From Balanoglossus misakiensis (lineage: Eukaryota > Animalia > Hemichordata): a stretch of 64,000 bases of DNA. The DNA lies in NCBI GenBank assembly GCA_040954595.2, contig CM082577.2, forward strand, positions 496,001-560,000, in the 5' to 3' direction. Positions 36,855 through 52,600 of the stretch are shown piece by piece. Position numbers and translations under genes: made by a program. The notes beneath the pieces are model-generated. The model did no database searches and was not told where the DNA came from. It worked only from the letters and a program-made list of their open reading frames with translations. Each line of letters opens with the position of its first letter. Positions within the stretch are counted from its first letter, which is position 1.

Positions 36855-39800
36855 ATGCCGCGGTTACGTACCGCGCATGTGTTAAGATTGGCGATTTTAG
36901 CGGTAAGTTCATCATGTTTTTTTTGTAGATATTTGACATCGTCACACTGTCGTCCATGTTTTAGAGAAGACGCCATATTTATTTCCAGGAGAATGTCTTG
37001 TTTTTCAGGTAATAGTACAGGCCAATCGGAAAATTAAACATAAAAAACATGTTGATTCGATGCCTCGATATATTCGAACCGAGAAACCATTTTCATAAAT
37101 CGTCACAAACATTAAACTGGAGTTAGTGTCACATTGCTACGTGGAGGTGACGACCACCCCCCCCCCCTACGATCAATATTTGTACCACTTTCTAATAAGC
37201 AATATTTCCTTTCTTTTTTTAGCTTTTGCTGAAAAACTCTGCCGGAGTGGGTATGTATATATTCATCCAATTTCATCATAACGACTTTACTCGTATACTT
37301 TCAATTGGTTATTGTTTGTACATAAAACCTAAGGACGGCTTTATTTATCAAAAGTGGTCCAGTACTAGCACAGATCCCAGATTCAGCCTTCTCGTCGTTA
37401 GACTTCAATATATGCAATGCCTTTCGCATCACAAATTACAAATAATTGTTATATTTCACTTTAGGTCTTGATTTCTGCACCGACATGGAGTGGCAAACGG
37501 GCGTGACTTTCAAAACCCGTTTGTTCACCGACGCAAGCAACAGACTGACCATATTCCACACCATCCCACTCGACTGTTACGGACGTATCGCCTCTTGGCG
37601 ATTCTACAGCACCAACGGGCAACCCTTCAAAGCCGGCGTGTGGAGATGGGTGAAGGGTAACGACTACAAGCTGATAGGTGAAAACACTCTCTCGGGATCC
37701 AGCTCGGGCGACACGACCCGGGAAGTGGCAAGCAGTGAGAGGATAGCATTTCAGCCCGGTGATGTCATCGGTATGCGGTGGACAAGTGCGCCGTTTGCCT
37801 ACGACAATTCCAATGACAAAATCGACGTGAAGTACGCAGGACACAGCTCGTATTCTACTACTTTGGCCGCGGGAACCATGTACACCATATCGACGGCAGA
37901 TTCGAAGCATTACCCTTTTAGGTTGTCATTTGAAACTGAAGGTGAGTGTTGTCAGGCTCATGAGGTGGGGGGGGGGGGGTGCCTGCATATGCTGTCCATA
38001 TCTGCTGGATGTCTGATACAATAGATATCACGGTAGTTGCAGAGATCCCTATAGCTTTCAAATGTCATTGTCAAGAGAGCAAGAACTGTCCTGTTTAAAG
38101 TCGTCAACTTTTACAAATAATTTTTGCCAATCTTGTGGTCAATATAATATATTTCTTTCTATTGAAAGATTTTACAATGACATGTCCGTCGGAGGAATGG
38201 GGTCCCGAGGTGAAGAGCCGGGGAAGTGGCGATGCCTCCAACTTCGTGATGATTCTGACAAGCCTGCCGTTCGAGTGCTACGGCCAGATCACGGGTTGGA
38301 AGTTCTACAGCGACACGACTAACACTTTCAAGTTGGGCGTGTATCGACTGGCCGATGCTAACCAGTACGAGATCATAGGCGAGAACGAGATCGCAGGGGA
38401 CGACCATTCGACTATCGATGTGAGTGAAGTGACCATCGCCGATGCCGACCGGATCCAGTTCCAACCGGGTGACATGATCGGTATGAGATGGAATAGTGCT
38501 GGATACGCTATCAAATACGACACAGGCACGTCGGATTCTATCGGCATGGTGTATACGGCTCATTCAGACACTGATTACAACACCAAGACAGTGGGGTCAG
38601 TGTTGACTATTTCAAGCACCCTAGAACGAGCTTATTCCGTACAAGCCGTCGTTTCCCCATTCGGTAAGTCATGTCCATAATCTGATACATCTGTCTAGGT
38701 TGTATATAGTATGAACAAGAGTATTCCTTCTCAAATTGTAAAAAAATAGTATTATTTTTTGCAGTGCGAATCATGAGTCTCTAACAAGAATAAATACCAA
38801 TCTTTGCTCATTTATAATCACGACTACTCCACATTATTTTGTAAAATGCATCCACCAGCTGAAGTTCACTCTTTCTTTTTTTCCTTTTTTTTCTCAGATT
38901 TTGAAGGATGTTTCGATGAATACGCTGATGCTCGAGAGTTGTCGGTTCCGGTCGGTTTTTACGACAGCAGTTTGATGTTACCAAGTCTGTGTATTTTTCT
39001 ATGTGCTGATTTATCCTATTCGTAAGTACATGTCGTGATTTGTGTTCTTTGTCTGCATTTGGTTGTTTCAAGTTGGATTTGCGGTGGTGGAGGCCGAAGA
39101 TGAACCGTTATCTATGTTAAAGTGAAGTCACTGTTCAACTAATATGATTCTGATTCCATTTCAGATATGCTGCTGTACAGCAGGGGAACCTGTGCTTCTG
39201 TTCAAACACCAGGGGTTCGATGACCATCGGCAATTCATTGAATTGTGACACCCCCTGTACGGCAAACCCGTACCTCAGCTGCGGTGGAGAGCTGGCTAAT
39301 ATGATCTTCAAAACGCCCAACACTCTTTTCGGATATGATCTGTTGCCAACAGGTAAGGCAGACCGACGACCAGTTGCGCATGCGTTGAATTTTTTTGGTT
39401 TCGTCTTTGTGTTAACAACGCTAACATAAAATCGATTATTTGACGTAAATGCAAATTAGATGACATTAGACTATGAAAGCAACAAGGCAGTATCTTTGAG
39501 TCTCTCCAAAAGGATGTCTATACTATGGATTGTATTCGCACAATCAATAAAAGCATTATATTTAGAAGTCATTTTCATAACTATGAAGTACTTCCCTTTT
39601 CTTACAGCGAACCTAATCACCTTCGAAGAAAGCATGGTGTCCTCCAATATATCACGAGGGTTTGGTGTGAAATACGCCTACGATTTCGGTGATGGTCTCG
39701 GTGTGTCTGGCCTGACAAGCAGCGAAACCTACCATACTTACAGGTACGTCAAACCTTGGGATCGTTTCATATAGAGTTGATACCTGTTGGAATGCGATCT

Positions 39801-40625
39801 CTGTGACTGAGGACCAATAAGTTGTGATCCCTCCTAAGTTTTCTTCTTTTTGAGTCGTTGTGTTTTTTCTCCTTCTGACATTGCATGTGCTCTTTCTCAC
39901 GGCTTTTGTGCAACTGCGTTGACAGCAAGCCTGGATCTTACGCTATCACGGGAACGGCCACTGACCAGTGGATGAACGCCGATCAAGAAATCAACACGAT
40001 TGAAGTCTTCAGTAACATCTCCGATGTCGAAGTGGTGTGTCCCGTCGCTGTGGAGTACAACACACGTTTCGGTTGCGAGATATATGTCTTCCAGGGAACC
40101 AACATGTCAGCCTTGGTCAATTTTTCAGACGGGACTTTTGTCGAGCTCGACGTTGCCGGTAAGAAAATGTCTTCTTGTGATAAACACATAGTAGATTTAT
40201 ATTCCTGGTGTGGTTTTGAGAAATAAAATATGTCATGTTGCGAACAAACATGTAAAGAATCCAAAAGTGCCAGTCTGTTTCAAGGCGTATTATAATGAAT
40301 GTGCCACCATTGCATTTCTTGACAGCCAAGTGTTTATCATGACCCCGCCCCTTATTGCAATTCACCCCTTGTGGTATTGTAGGAATTTGTATCTCAGAAT
40401 CTTTGTCCGTCTGAAAATCGACATCCAACTCTTTCAGACGCGGTGCATGTCTCCTACGGATCAACAGACGAACCAGACTTACTGCTAAACAATCAGCCTA
40501 CAGGCCAAGTCTACTTTGCTGCTAACCAAATGATTAAGGAGAGTGGCTATCTTGTAGGCTGGGAGTTGAATTTGATTGCATCAGGTCGAGTCTATTTACA
40601 GGTACATGCCATGTAATTTATTTTA

Positions 40626-40682
<57 letters not shown>

Positions 40683-43600
40683 GTTTTCAACGAATCCATG
40701 CTTGACGTCGTTAAATTTGTCGCTCTTTAATTTTGTTGTAGAATAATAAACCATTTACTTAAACTCTTATAATAATGGTTTCAGATCTATCGTCCGTATT
40801 GTAGTAGCGAGGAACAACAATTCTGTTATCGGGCAAACAGCTGTATTCCAAAGTATATGAAATGCAGTGCCCAGTCCGATTTCTGGGCCAAAAGTTGCAA
40901 TGATGTCGGACGGTACAGCTTCTCTAAAAGGAAGTGTATCAAGGACTCTGACGATACAGTCGAAGATGATCCTATCTATAACGCCATGCAACATGACTAC
41001 GAGTTAGTCAAAGAGTATGAGATCACCTTCGACCGAACAGGACTGCAGTTCTATGATCTATCCGAGATCGAGAAGTTCGCCGTCGAAGCCGGTGATATGT
41101 TTGCGTGGTACAACAACAACGAAGGCAAGATCGGTTACGTGGAACTGGCTGCCACGGACGGCCCGGAGTTCAAGCCGTCGACATCTGGATTTGGGAACCG
41201 ACACTCGAGTGGTTACATCGCTTACAAGTCGGGCGCCGGTGTCCACAATTACAAGCATACTCTCCGCGCCCACGTGGTCAGACCATCCGTCATGCATCTG
41301 TATCACAACTTCACCTGGGGTGCCAATCGCCGTGACGTCACTGTCAACTTGACCAATCCCGTCAATGACGTGGCAACAGCTACCACAAGACTAAAAGTTC
41401 AAGTAGTGGTTACAGGCTTGGAATTCATCGCCCCTACTTTGGGTAGGTTTACTTCAAAGTCAACTTCACTGATACAATTTATGGATGTAGTGGGTCTGGT
41501 TTAGTTCTGTCTCAGAAATCGAAAACATTCAATGTTCCAGCGCAGTCGAAAGAAAGTAAAGATAAAAACGGAATGTAGTGTAGTGCATGTGTACATCTTG
41601 ATAACAATTTAGGTAACCAATGATATTCATTGTTACTTCACAGCTGTGTCCACTGAGTCTGAGACTCTGACTGTGCTTCCCCACAAGGGAACAGAAGTCT
41701 GGTATCATTGGTTGTTCGGCAACGGTGACGAGTTGATCACCGAGGATATGCAAATTAACTACACTTGGCCGGATGATGGCGTCTACAATATTACTCTGAT
41801 TGCATACAATGATATCAGCGCTGACACATTTGAGGTAAATAGTTTCCATGTATTTATATTAATCATACTCATATAGTGAGATTTCATTAAAAGTTTTGTA
41901 TCCAAGGTGATTCTACGGATATTTAATGTTGTTCATTTATAGTCCTGGATTGTGATTCAAGATCGCATCATGGATTTGGAATGGCGGGACTCGACCCCTA
42001 AATCGGCGTGGGAGGAATACCCTATCACTCCAAAAGTGTTGACCGATTCTTCCGATATCAATTGGGGGATGCTGCAAGGTAAGTCAGAATATTTTTGTTT
42101 GACGTCTGGAAGGGCATTGATCGTCCTCGAAGTGGATTTGTCTGGTTGCGCAGTTAAACGAGAAGGGTTCTATCATAAGAGACCAGAAGATCACTTTTTC
42201 ATGTCTTACACCTGGTATCATTTGCATGACGAATACAAATTAAAATGGCGTATTTCTTACCACAGGCACAAACGTGACCTTTGAGGTCAACATAGGAGAC
42301 GGCATCGTGCCCACTTTCTACATGCTTTGGGATGAACCGGTGAATGTGTCACAGCTGATCAACGGTACAGACCTCAGTGATCACCTAACCATCGAACACA
42401 ACGGTGAGTTACTGCATCGGTGATTCCGCCATTGAAATTATTTTACAGAGAGTGCGATTGTGGTATTTAAAGTTTTATCTCAAATAAATTGGTTTATACG
42501 AAGAAATTCTACCACTGTTGATGCCAGACGATATCGAGTTTTTATCACCCAGGCATTCAGAAACAAACATATCTCAAGTTCATGCCTCTAAACATTACTC
42601 TTGCAGTTTTCCAAGCAAACTGCAAAAACGGTTCATTGCGCGCTTGGTGTATACATTATAATAAACGGAAGAAGAAAACATCTTCAAGATATTAAAATCG
42701 AAATTCTTTCTTTCAGGTTTGACGGCGGTAGTCGATTACACATATCAAACTATAGGATACTTCGATATATACATCAATGCGTCCAACAGAGTGAGCTGGA
42801 TGGTGCTTGAGGGCGTTGCTGTTGTACAGATAGCAATCCACAACTTCGTAATAATCCCGCCCCCACCGATCAAATTTGAGTTCGAAGAATACGTGAAGAT
42901 GAGTGCGGACCAGGGGACCAACATCTCGTTCTCCGGTGACTTTGCGGGACATTCAATCGACGGACCTGATGACTTTCACATGGGTGAAGATCTGCTGGGC
43001 TGGATCCGTCTTGGTCCCGACAAGTACGACGACCGCGGATTTTTTGACTTGGTGGTGTCCGCCTGGAATCTCGTCAGTGGGCCCTTCGATTTCACCATGA
43101 CAGTTCGCGTGGAGTATGCCATTGAAGACGTGGTCATCTGGGCTTCTGATCCTTACATCACCCCTGATACAACCATTAAGGTCTTCTTCGACATGTACCG
43201 TGGCTCGGCCATGACTCTGACCTTTGACTTCGACGACAACTCTGATCCTTTGGTCTACGACAAAGATCAGATGAAGCGCGCTGATGGTGATTACGTCATG
43301 GAATACCACACGTTTGGCGGCGCTCGGGACTACAACGTCAGTGTCCACGGAGAAAGCTGTGTTAGTAACACCACTGCATACTTCCTGGTGAAAGTTCAAA
43401 ACCCTGTCAGAGATGTCAACGTGACGACCGATTCACCTGGAGTTATACCGTTCATGGAACCCGGTACCATCACGTACACTTTCACTTACCATGGTAACAC
43501 AAGCACGCCACCAACGGACGCCGAGGTGAGTTACGTCTTCGCGGATGGCGTAGAGGCCGTCGAAGATTTCCCCATTGGAGAGACGAACCCCATAGAAATG

Positions 43601-46600
43601 GGCATGAGTCTCGTTGATTATGGCTCCTATTCGTCACAGGTGAACATTTCTAACCTGGTGAGTTGGATGTTTTTCGACATCGAAATAGAAATGGAACAGC
43701 CCGTTTTGGAACTGGAGATCGTCTCGCCCAACCCCCATATCATAGTGGGCGAAACCACCAACCTTACAGTGCAAATGATATGGGGTTCCCGGGCCGTGTA
43801 CTCCTGGGATTTTAAAGACGGAGAAACCATGAACATCGGAGAAGGTGGAGAGACAACGTTTATTCACCAGTACGATACTGAAGGTACCTACCCAGTCAGT
43901 GTGGTGACGCAAAACTTGCTGGGTCAAGTGGCATTCACCATGACCGCTGACCCTATTGAGGTCCAGTATCCTGTCCGAAGCATGGTCTGGCAAGGACGAA
44001 TTCTCAACGCCTTGGTCGTAGCCAATACACACGTGGAAGTGCCCTTTAACCTCTGGATGGCGAAAAACGTACACTTTCCGACGAAGGCACAGTACCAGGT
44101 GGACTTCGGCGATGGATTTGACCACCCGGCGAGGGACCTGGTGAGCACGGAGGGCGACTCATCCAAGGACACGGAGAACGAGTACCACATCAAGAGAATC
44201 ACCAACTACTACGACACCTGGGGAAACTACAACGTCACCATTCGAATCTGGAATCTGGTCAGCGAAGTGGTGCTCACTTGGAACATCTGGGTGTACGAAA
44301 CGATTGAAGACTTGGAAAAGGAAATCAAATACAATACAGTTATTATGGACGGTGACCGTTCGGATCCTGGTAATGTAACATTCGATGTAGGCGCCCACGG
44401 TTCATCAGACAACTATTTGCCATTGGAGGAAGCAATTGTTTTCGAAGCCTTATATGCTTCGGGCACGGGATTGACATTTACGTGGGACTTTGGTGACATT
44501 TATTACGAAGAGCCTACAGTTCTTCCTACATTACCTCCGACGCAGGCAGACATCGACACCAACGCGACCACAGTTCCACCAACGACATCGATTACTACGC
44601 AGCCAACAACCGTACCTCTGCTCCCACTTTGTTCCGATGTGAATGCTAACCTCACCGCCAACGCGACTGGCGTCCCGTGTCGAACTGTGGTTCCCACCGA
44701 GCCCACAACAACCTTGCCTCCCTGGGTAGTCAAGACTTCGGAACCCAGAACCATCTGGTGGTACACTCGCCGCGGAGAGTACACAGTCACCGTCAATGTG
44801 TCCAACCCGGTCGATTGGTCGGTTGTGGAAAAGACGATTATCATTCAACAACAGGTTAAAGACTTAGCAATATGTGACTTCGGTCCTCGGCCAAGAAACA
44901 CGACGATTACTTTCGAGTTGAACACTGGAAACGTCGGAACAGACGCCTGTTACAGAGTCGACTTTAGAGACACAGAATCAGAGATCAATCACATCGCCTT
45001 CTGGGGGCACCAGACAACTTGTATGGCTGCCTATCCCACTGATTTCACCAGTGATTATCTGCGGTTTTACAGCGTGAGTTCTGTTTACTTGGAAGCGTTG
45101 AAACTTGCTGGCAAAGATCCGAACATCACACTCTCAAACATCTTTCAATCCATCAACCAATTTGGTGTCAGAGTACATGCCTTCAACATGGTGTCTGAAC
45201 AAAGGCTTCTGCTACCCACTGCTGTAACAAAAGGATTGTGTTATTATCCTGAAGTCAAAGTCAAAGAAAGAAATCTGTGCGACAGAAATTATCCACTCTG
45301 CGACGATGAAGGAAATCGCCAGTACTACAAATCTAAAGACTTGTATGTGTATTCGAAGGTCAAGCTCAATTGTTCATCCACACGAGTTGCCATGTATACG
45401 TGGAGGGTGTTTAAAATCAACGAGAACAAGCAAAATGACGAAGACGAAATTTTCGACGTTGGAGACACGGAATTGCAGGGTTTCACGATGCGTGAATTGG
45501 CCGTCAAAAAGGGTGCCCTTGATTATGGGTTGTATCGATTTGAATTGAATGTATCAATGTACGGTGAGAGAGGAGTGGAAGCCTTTGATTCGACTTTGCT
45601 TCGTGTTGTCGCTACGCCACTAGTTGTTTCCGTAGTTGGCGGGTCGCAGCGGCGAGTGCCTTGGGGTTTGATGTTGGAAGTCGATGGTCTTTCAGAAACG
45701 CATGACCCGGATGTTGACCTATGGGACAAATCTGGTATGCGGTTCGTCTGGCTATGTCGCAGAGATTACGAGGAATATGCGGAGTACGATGACGATTATA
45801 TAGAACTGATAACTCCTGGTAAGAGTGACGTATCGGTGATCCATGAAGCAAACGACTATGGAGGGTGTTTCGGTCGAGGTGGTTTCGACACAAGCGGTCC
45901 TGGAAGTAAGTGAAAGTATTCTTGGATTTTATTTGTGTTCGTTTACATGCAGAGTGTGCTCTTCTTAAGTGAGTCAATATATATTGCCTTAGAAACACCT
46001 TATCATTGTTTCTGTCTGACTGACGATACCATATTTATTTTTTATTAGGTATGATCAATTACACCAGTGGGTCAATTAATATTGATACATTTTACATGTA
46101 TGAAGAGAAAGTGTACGAATTGAAGTACGCTGTCTTTAAGGGAGATCGAAAAGCTATTACTCATCAGACATTGGAGATTGCTCTGGGAAACCCTCCTCGA
46201 ATGGTCATCTCGTAAGTTATCCAGTCTCTAATTCTCAGTATGCCAAATTTAATAAGTAGAAACCAAAATATTTCTGGTACGATGTCCGCTAAACCCCCGT
46301 TGTCCACTTATCACAAGTGTAAGCAAATGATTGGCACATTTTTTCTATCATAATAGTTCTGATATTTACGGAAAACCACGCGTCGTCTTTACTACAATGA
46401 CGATGGAAATAATGATGCATTTTTTTCCAATTTATCTTCAGGTGTAAAGTGAACTGTAAAAGCAAGTTAAATCCAACCAGTCGATATGGTCTAGAGTCGT
46501 TCGATTTGGACTACAGACGTGGCATTGTATTGTATTATCAGTAAGTACAGAAACGAAGATCTTAAGAACCTATCCTATCTGTTAACCTTATATTGTAGTA

Positions 46601-49600
46601 AAAGTCGTTATAAACTGAGCCATCAAATTACCCCAAGTACAACATGTCTTCCCAAACTCCTTTCATTTCAATATTTTACTATGATTTTACCCTACTCAAT
46701 GTTTAGTGATGACATGGACTGCATGGTTATGTATTTTATTGATGTCATCGTAATGAAAAAAAAAACTGATTCAGAATCCTATATTGATTTACAAGATGAT
46801 CAATGTGGTGACGTGCTTCACAACAGCATTTTCTTTGTATAAGCCCAGAACGCTCCAATTTGACTTGTCCACTCTCTTATGCAGATGGGAAATGTTTATA
46901 CAATTGACGGCTGGTGGTATGAGTTTCTGGCAGAAGATAGCGGACAATGATTGGTTGTCGTACGCTGGTACCGGAAACCAAATTGCCAATCTGGCCATCG
47001 ATTCTGGCTTCTTCCAGGATGTGACGACATATCGCGTGAGGGTGATATCTGCGAGAAACCAAGAATTTGAAAATTATGGTAGGAACAACAAATTGTGTCC
47101 AATGTACAGTATTATGAATGCCTCTGTCTAGTAAAAGTTGTCACAACATATATAAATGTATTTTGATGCATGGTTCTCATAATAACACCTTTTTGACATA
47201 CAGCAGATTTGATCCTTTTAAACATACTTTGTTCGTATATCCAAAATATTTCCAATCGTGTTACTCACAAAAACTTCGCGAAATCTATGAAGGCAATTCT
47301 CTCAATTTTGGGTTTCGTTACTAGGTCTTGCGGCTGTGGAATTTGTGACAAATGAAAGACCAACAGTCGGGCACTGTGAAGTGATTCCCAACAACGGTAC
47401 CGCTTTGGAGACTCAGTTTAACGTCTTCTGCTCCAACTGGTCTGACGCCGACATGCCGCTCAACTATCGATTCGCTCAGCGCTTGTCTTCTGGCGACGCC
47501 TGGTCTTGGATGTATAGTGGTAAGTGACTTCTGGAATTATCTGAAATGGCCGCCGCACAAACAGAGAACCACTGGTCGGTACAGTATTTGAATACCTTAA
47601 TTAACTGTTTCTACTTTGCGTTTTTCAAAGGTGAAATGCCGTACATGGAAGAAGGCACCATTTTACCACAGGGGTATGCCAGCGAAGATTTTAAAGTGTA
47701 TATCCTCGTTCGCGTGGAAGATTCCATTGGGTCCTATTCCGACCTACAAACAAGTGTTCAGGTGAGATATTTTCACCCCTCGATCGCACAGACTGTTCAT
47801 TTTTCGGCCTTATCAAGATATCAATTTTCGCCCTCTACTGTTATTCATTCGTTCGATCGTCTGTTCCCAACCTCTTAATACAGGTCTTTGCCCCTGTGTT
47901 CACTGCCGCGGAAATGTCTGAGAAATTGAGAAACCTGACGACAGCCGAAGGTAGCGTCATGGAAACAATGATATCGTCTGGTGACGCAGCGGGTGCCGCC
48001 AACATCGTCACAGCTTGCGCGGGAATGTTGAATATTCAGTCCAGTGAGCCTACTGTCGATTATGACTATGACGTTACAAGTAAGTTAGTTAAGGTTCACA
48101 TATTCAATAATACGTTTGCATATTTCGGCCAGCGGACCACGTTCGTCAGATGTCTTCTACAGGTCTGCGCACAAGTGATTAAGACATTTGAAGTTCCATA
48201 CATTACTGATGGAGTTTTGCTGTCAGACGGGTCTTGTCAGTTAGCTAGATTGTGCATTATCGCCTTTATCAGAAAATCCTACAAACACTCGGCATATTAT
48301 TTCCTCTTTCAGCGGCCGCTGATTACGAAGGGTTGACAGAGGATGAGATTGCGCAGTTGCAGGCCGAACGACAACAAGCTGCCGCCGACGCCCAGGCAGC
48401 TGCAATAGCCGAAAGGGAAGAGGTAAGTTCTTTGCGCCCATGTATAGTTCAATTTAAAATTGTCTTTATAAACATTGTTATTGCTTGCTACCATTTATGT
48501 TTCGTTTTTTTCAGATGCGTGCTTCCATGATCGACGCTTTGGCTAGAGCTACCGTGAATACAATTGGCACTGTGAAACAAATGGCGTCCGCCTTCCAATC
48601 GGTTTCATCTAATCCATCGGAAGTGACGTCTACTGCACAGGTACGTCATTCAGCCTGCAATACTTCTATTGGCCCAAACAAGACTCTGTGTAAATATTCT
48701 GATGACAAATAATGACAATAAGTATGTCGTTGGGATTCAAACTGAAAGAAGTTTTGACCATCGATAAATTTGAGAGGAGAATATTAATAAGAAGCAGTTT
48801 TAATGTGATTCATATTGAATTCCAGTTCGATACCATGTCTTCCGGTGAAAGTTATGCAAATCTTCTGGTGGAGAAAAGCGCTGACGGCACGGCCAGTCCG
48901 GATGAAGTCGAAGACACTGGAGCTAGTTTATTGGCCATGATGGGTGAGTTTCCATCATGAAAAATAAGACCCAAGCCCAACGCATCAGATTTGACTATAT
49001 ATGTACTAGTAACTCAGAGATGACGGTATCTTATATTTGGTTTTTGCCCTGTTATTGTGTACAGGCAACGCTGTGAACGGTGCCAGAGTGAAAGCCCAGG
49101 CCGCCAAGGCCGCCAGAACAGCGTTGCTGGCTGAGCTGGCCGAGATGGCGACGACGGAGCCGCCAGACGAAGCTGAAGCAACACGGAGACGCCGTCGCCG
49201 AAGAAGTATCGATGCTCAGTTGGATGAAGCAGACGCCGCAACTTCCATAGTAAGTGTAAATCTTTGTTAATTTGCGACAAAGTGTACAGCTCCGTGTCAA
49301 CTGAAGAGAATTGGTCACTTTGTAAGAGGCTTAGCTATTTGTTATACAGTGATAATCACACTCGCCGATTTCATCTGTCTTTCAGAGCAGAGAAGTGACC
49401 AACAGATTACAGGGTACGGCAACTACAGTTGGAGATACGCTTGAGGGAAGTATGGTGACTGGTCAGGGAGATATTTCCATCAGCGCTGGTAGTATGGGTA
49501 TGCAAGTAGCCAAACAGTACACGGCCAATATGGATAATAGTAAGTAATAGTTGAATACGAAGTGTTGATGATATTCAGCGTGAAAGCTCTAATGAAATTC

Positions 49601-52600
49601 AATCGGTTCAACCAATACCTGGGCTGTAAAATCAGTACTCCACTGTTGTGATGTGCGCTTATCTCACATCTCACTCATACCAAGAAGATTAAATATAACT
49701 GAGATAATTTCCCCTATTTTACAAACAGAGAAAGTTGACCAAGGAAATGGATGTTCTTTCAAAATGCCAACGGCAGATTCGATGTTTGGTGGCGGTAACG
49801 AGAGTTCGTTGTTTGTCAGCTCTAAGGTAAGGATGGAATGTTCGCTTGCCCTCATCTCCAGCGTATAGTTTCCGTTTGTGGCAACTGACAGAGACTGGCA
49901 TATGGGAGTACTGCAAATTTCGATATTGAAAAATCGCACCTGACAACTCACACCTACGAAAACCAGAAATTTGGCTTTTTAAAATTATTAAGCACGTGGC
50001 AGATTTTGTCATCGCTCATACTGAGTAGGATTGGCGGATACACGATTCACAGATGAACGATTATCCAATCAAAATCATTCTCATGCAGGCTACCATACAA
50101 GAGAACAACCCGATCACGTGGACCAATAACTCGGACAACGTGCAAGGACGAGTGGTGGCGCTCAGTTTCAAGAACGAATCCGGACTACCGATGGACATCA
50201 GCGAATTGGCAGACCCCATTGAGGTTTGGGTCACTCGGGACGAGTCTCAAGTCACCACCGATCTACCGACTTATTATAACACAACAACGTCGTGGTATGA
50301 AGCCATGACCATCCACGCAATTGGTAAGAAACCTCTGTATACGTTTTGTTAACATGATACAGTCATATAAACTTTTAAGGGCATAATCTGTGTTGAGGAT
50401 AAAATATAATATGTAACCTCAACTGACGAGGTTTCACACTAAGATAACACTGTGTTTATTCAGACACATTTCTGCGCTCAGGCGACCTGCCATGGAAATC
50501 ACGTGATGTGCATTCGCCAAGTAACTCCTCTTTTTATGAATTCCTTCGATTAGAAATGCCGCCAGACACCGCCCTCCATCTTGAAGTTCGGGCTTTAGAC
50601 TACAACGGAACTGACGTTGACAACGTCACAGTCTTCGTATATCTCCGGTTTGCCTGGGCACCGACGGTTGACGATTATGACTTCAACTGCTCTCTGCCGA
50701 GAAATTTCGAAGGGTCTGAGTGGGTTAACGTCACTGCCGATGAAATACCTGATGAACACACCTGTTTCTTCTCCAACGTGTTGTTGAATAGGTAACTGTA
50801 ACAGCGACACTAGCTCTGTATTTTGGTATTATATCTTGTTCTATACTCCCTATAGCATGCCGATTTTCCAGTATTCAGATTGTTAACGTACAGTAGACCA
50901 CATGTAAAACTGACAGACGAATTCTAGTCCTGACTTGAATAAGGTCTTTTATTGTAGCATACTCTCGTCACAAGCACGTGGTAAACTTATTTCTCTGTGT
51001 GTTTACAGTTATACCAACGGCTCAATGGCTACACTGTATGTTGGCGTCAAACACAGAGGGGGCTACAATGCCTCTGCCGCTGACGATTACCTTACCAGCA
51101 CTGAATCTAATTTCTGGCCAATCACCTACGCCATGAAGTCGTGGACATCGCAGTGTCTCTACTTCGATGAACAAGAGGATGAGTGGTCAGCTGATGGTTG
51201 TGAAGTAAGTCTTACCTGTGTTATCTGCTGTACATGTGACATATGATGATGGTGACTGATGATGGTAATGATGATGATGGTGGTGGTGGTAATGGTAGTA
51301 TATAGCCTATTAATATTCTCTTCTATGCAATCATTAGGTTGGCGAGTTGACAACCCAGCTGGCCACGCAGTGCTTTGTTCGTCATCTTACCACGTTCGGC
51401 GGTGGCTTCACATTACCCATGAACACTTTCGACCCCGGAGACTCCGCATTTGCCAAACTCGGCGAAAACCCGGTCGTGTTTGCCTTCATGACAACTATGA
51501 TTGGCATCTACTTGATTGTTATAGTCTGGGCGCGAAAAGCTGACGTCCGGGACCTTGAAAAGGTGAGATTTCATATTTAAAACCTCAAACTACCTAAAGC
51601 CATTCAAATGATTTGTTTAGTGTATCCTGTTGGACTTTGAAGATATTGATTACTTCATTTCCACAATTGGTAGCCAATACCAGAAATTGTACCCACTGTA
51701 TTCACGTGATTTGACGATACACAGGATGCAAATGTGATTTGAAACACAATTCTCATTTGAACCAATTTCAGGCCGGCGTTACACCACTGCCAGATAACGA
51801 TCCACGTGACCACTTCAACTACGAGATAACAGTTTTCACCGGCATAAAGAAGAATGCAGGTAAGATAGTAAAATTGTGTAGAATTCCATTTGACTACAGT
51901 TAATATGCATTTGCCCGTTCTCAAACTTTAAATTCATCTCTGATGCAAACATTAACATTCTTTTACTTTTGCAGCCACAACTGCGAAGGTGTCCTTCATT
52001 CTGACCGGAGAAGAAGACGAGACAAGACCGCGCCTAATCGCTGACAGCAAGCGCAAAATCCTGGATACTGGTGCAGTGGACGCGTTCGTCATGGCAACCC
52101 CTCGTCCTTTGGGCAACCTGGTGCACATGCGCATCTGGCACGACAACAGTGGTAAAAATCCGAGCTGGTTCCTGAACAGAGTGTCTGTCAAAGATATGCA
52201 GAATGGTAAAGTTTTCTACTTCATGTGCGACCAGTGGTTGGCTGTGGAAGAGGATGACGGCCAGGTAAGACCCCTGGGTGTGCGAAGTCACGAAATAAAA
52301 ACTCTGACGGGAGTGTCCCCTTGTTGAAGGAAACAAAGGAAACCATTTGGTGCTTAAATGTTTATTTTGAACTGACAATTTTATTGTCTCATTTACACAT
52401 CGATTGGACACTTCTACTAACCTTTTGTTATTTATATTGTTTATATTTGTACTAATATTATACTTTTATATTTATTGAACACAGATTGAGCGAGTAATTC
52501 CCGTAGCTGGTAAGAGCGAGTTGACCAGTTTTGGGCATCTGTTCTACAGTAAGACGAGACGCAATCTCAGCGATGGCCATCTCTGGTTTTCGGTCTTTGC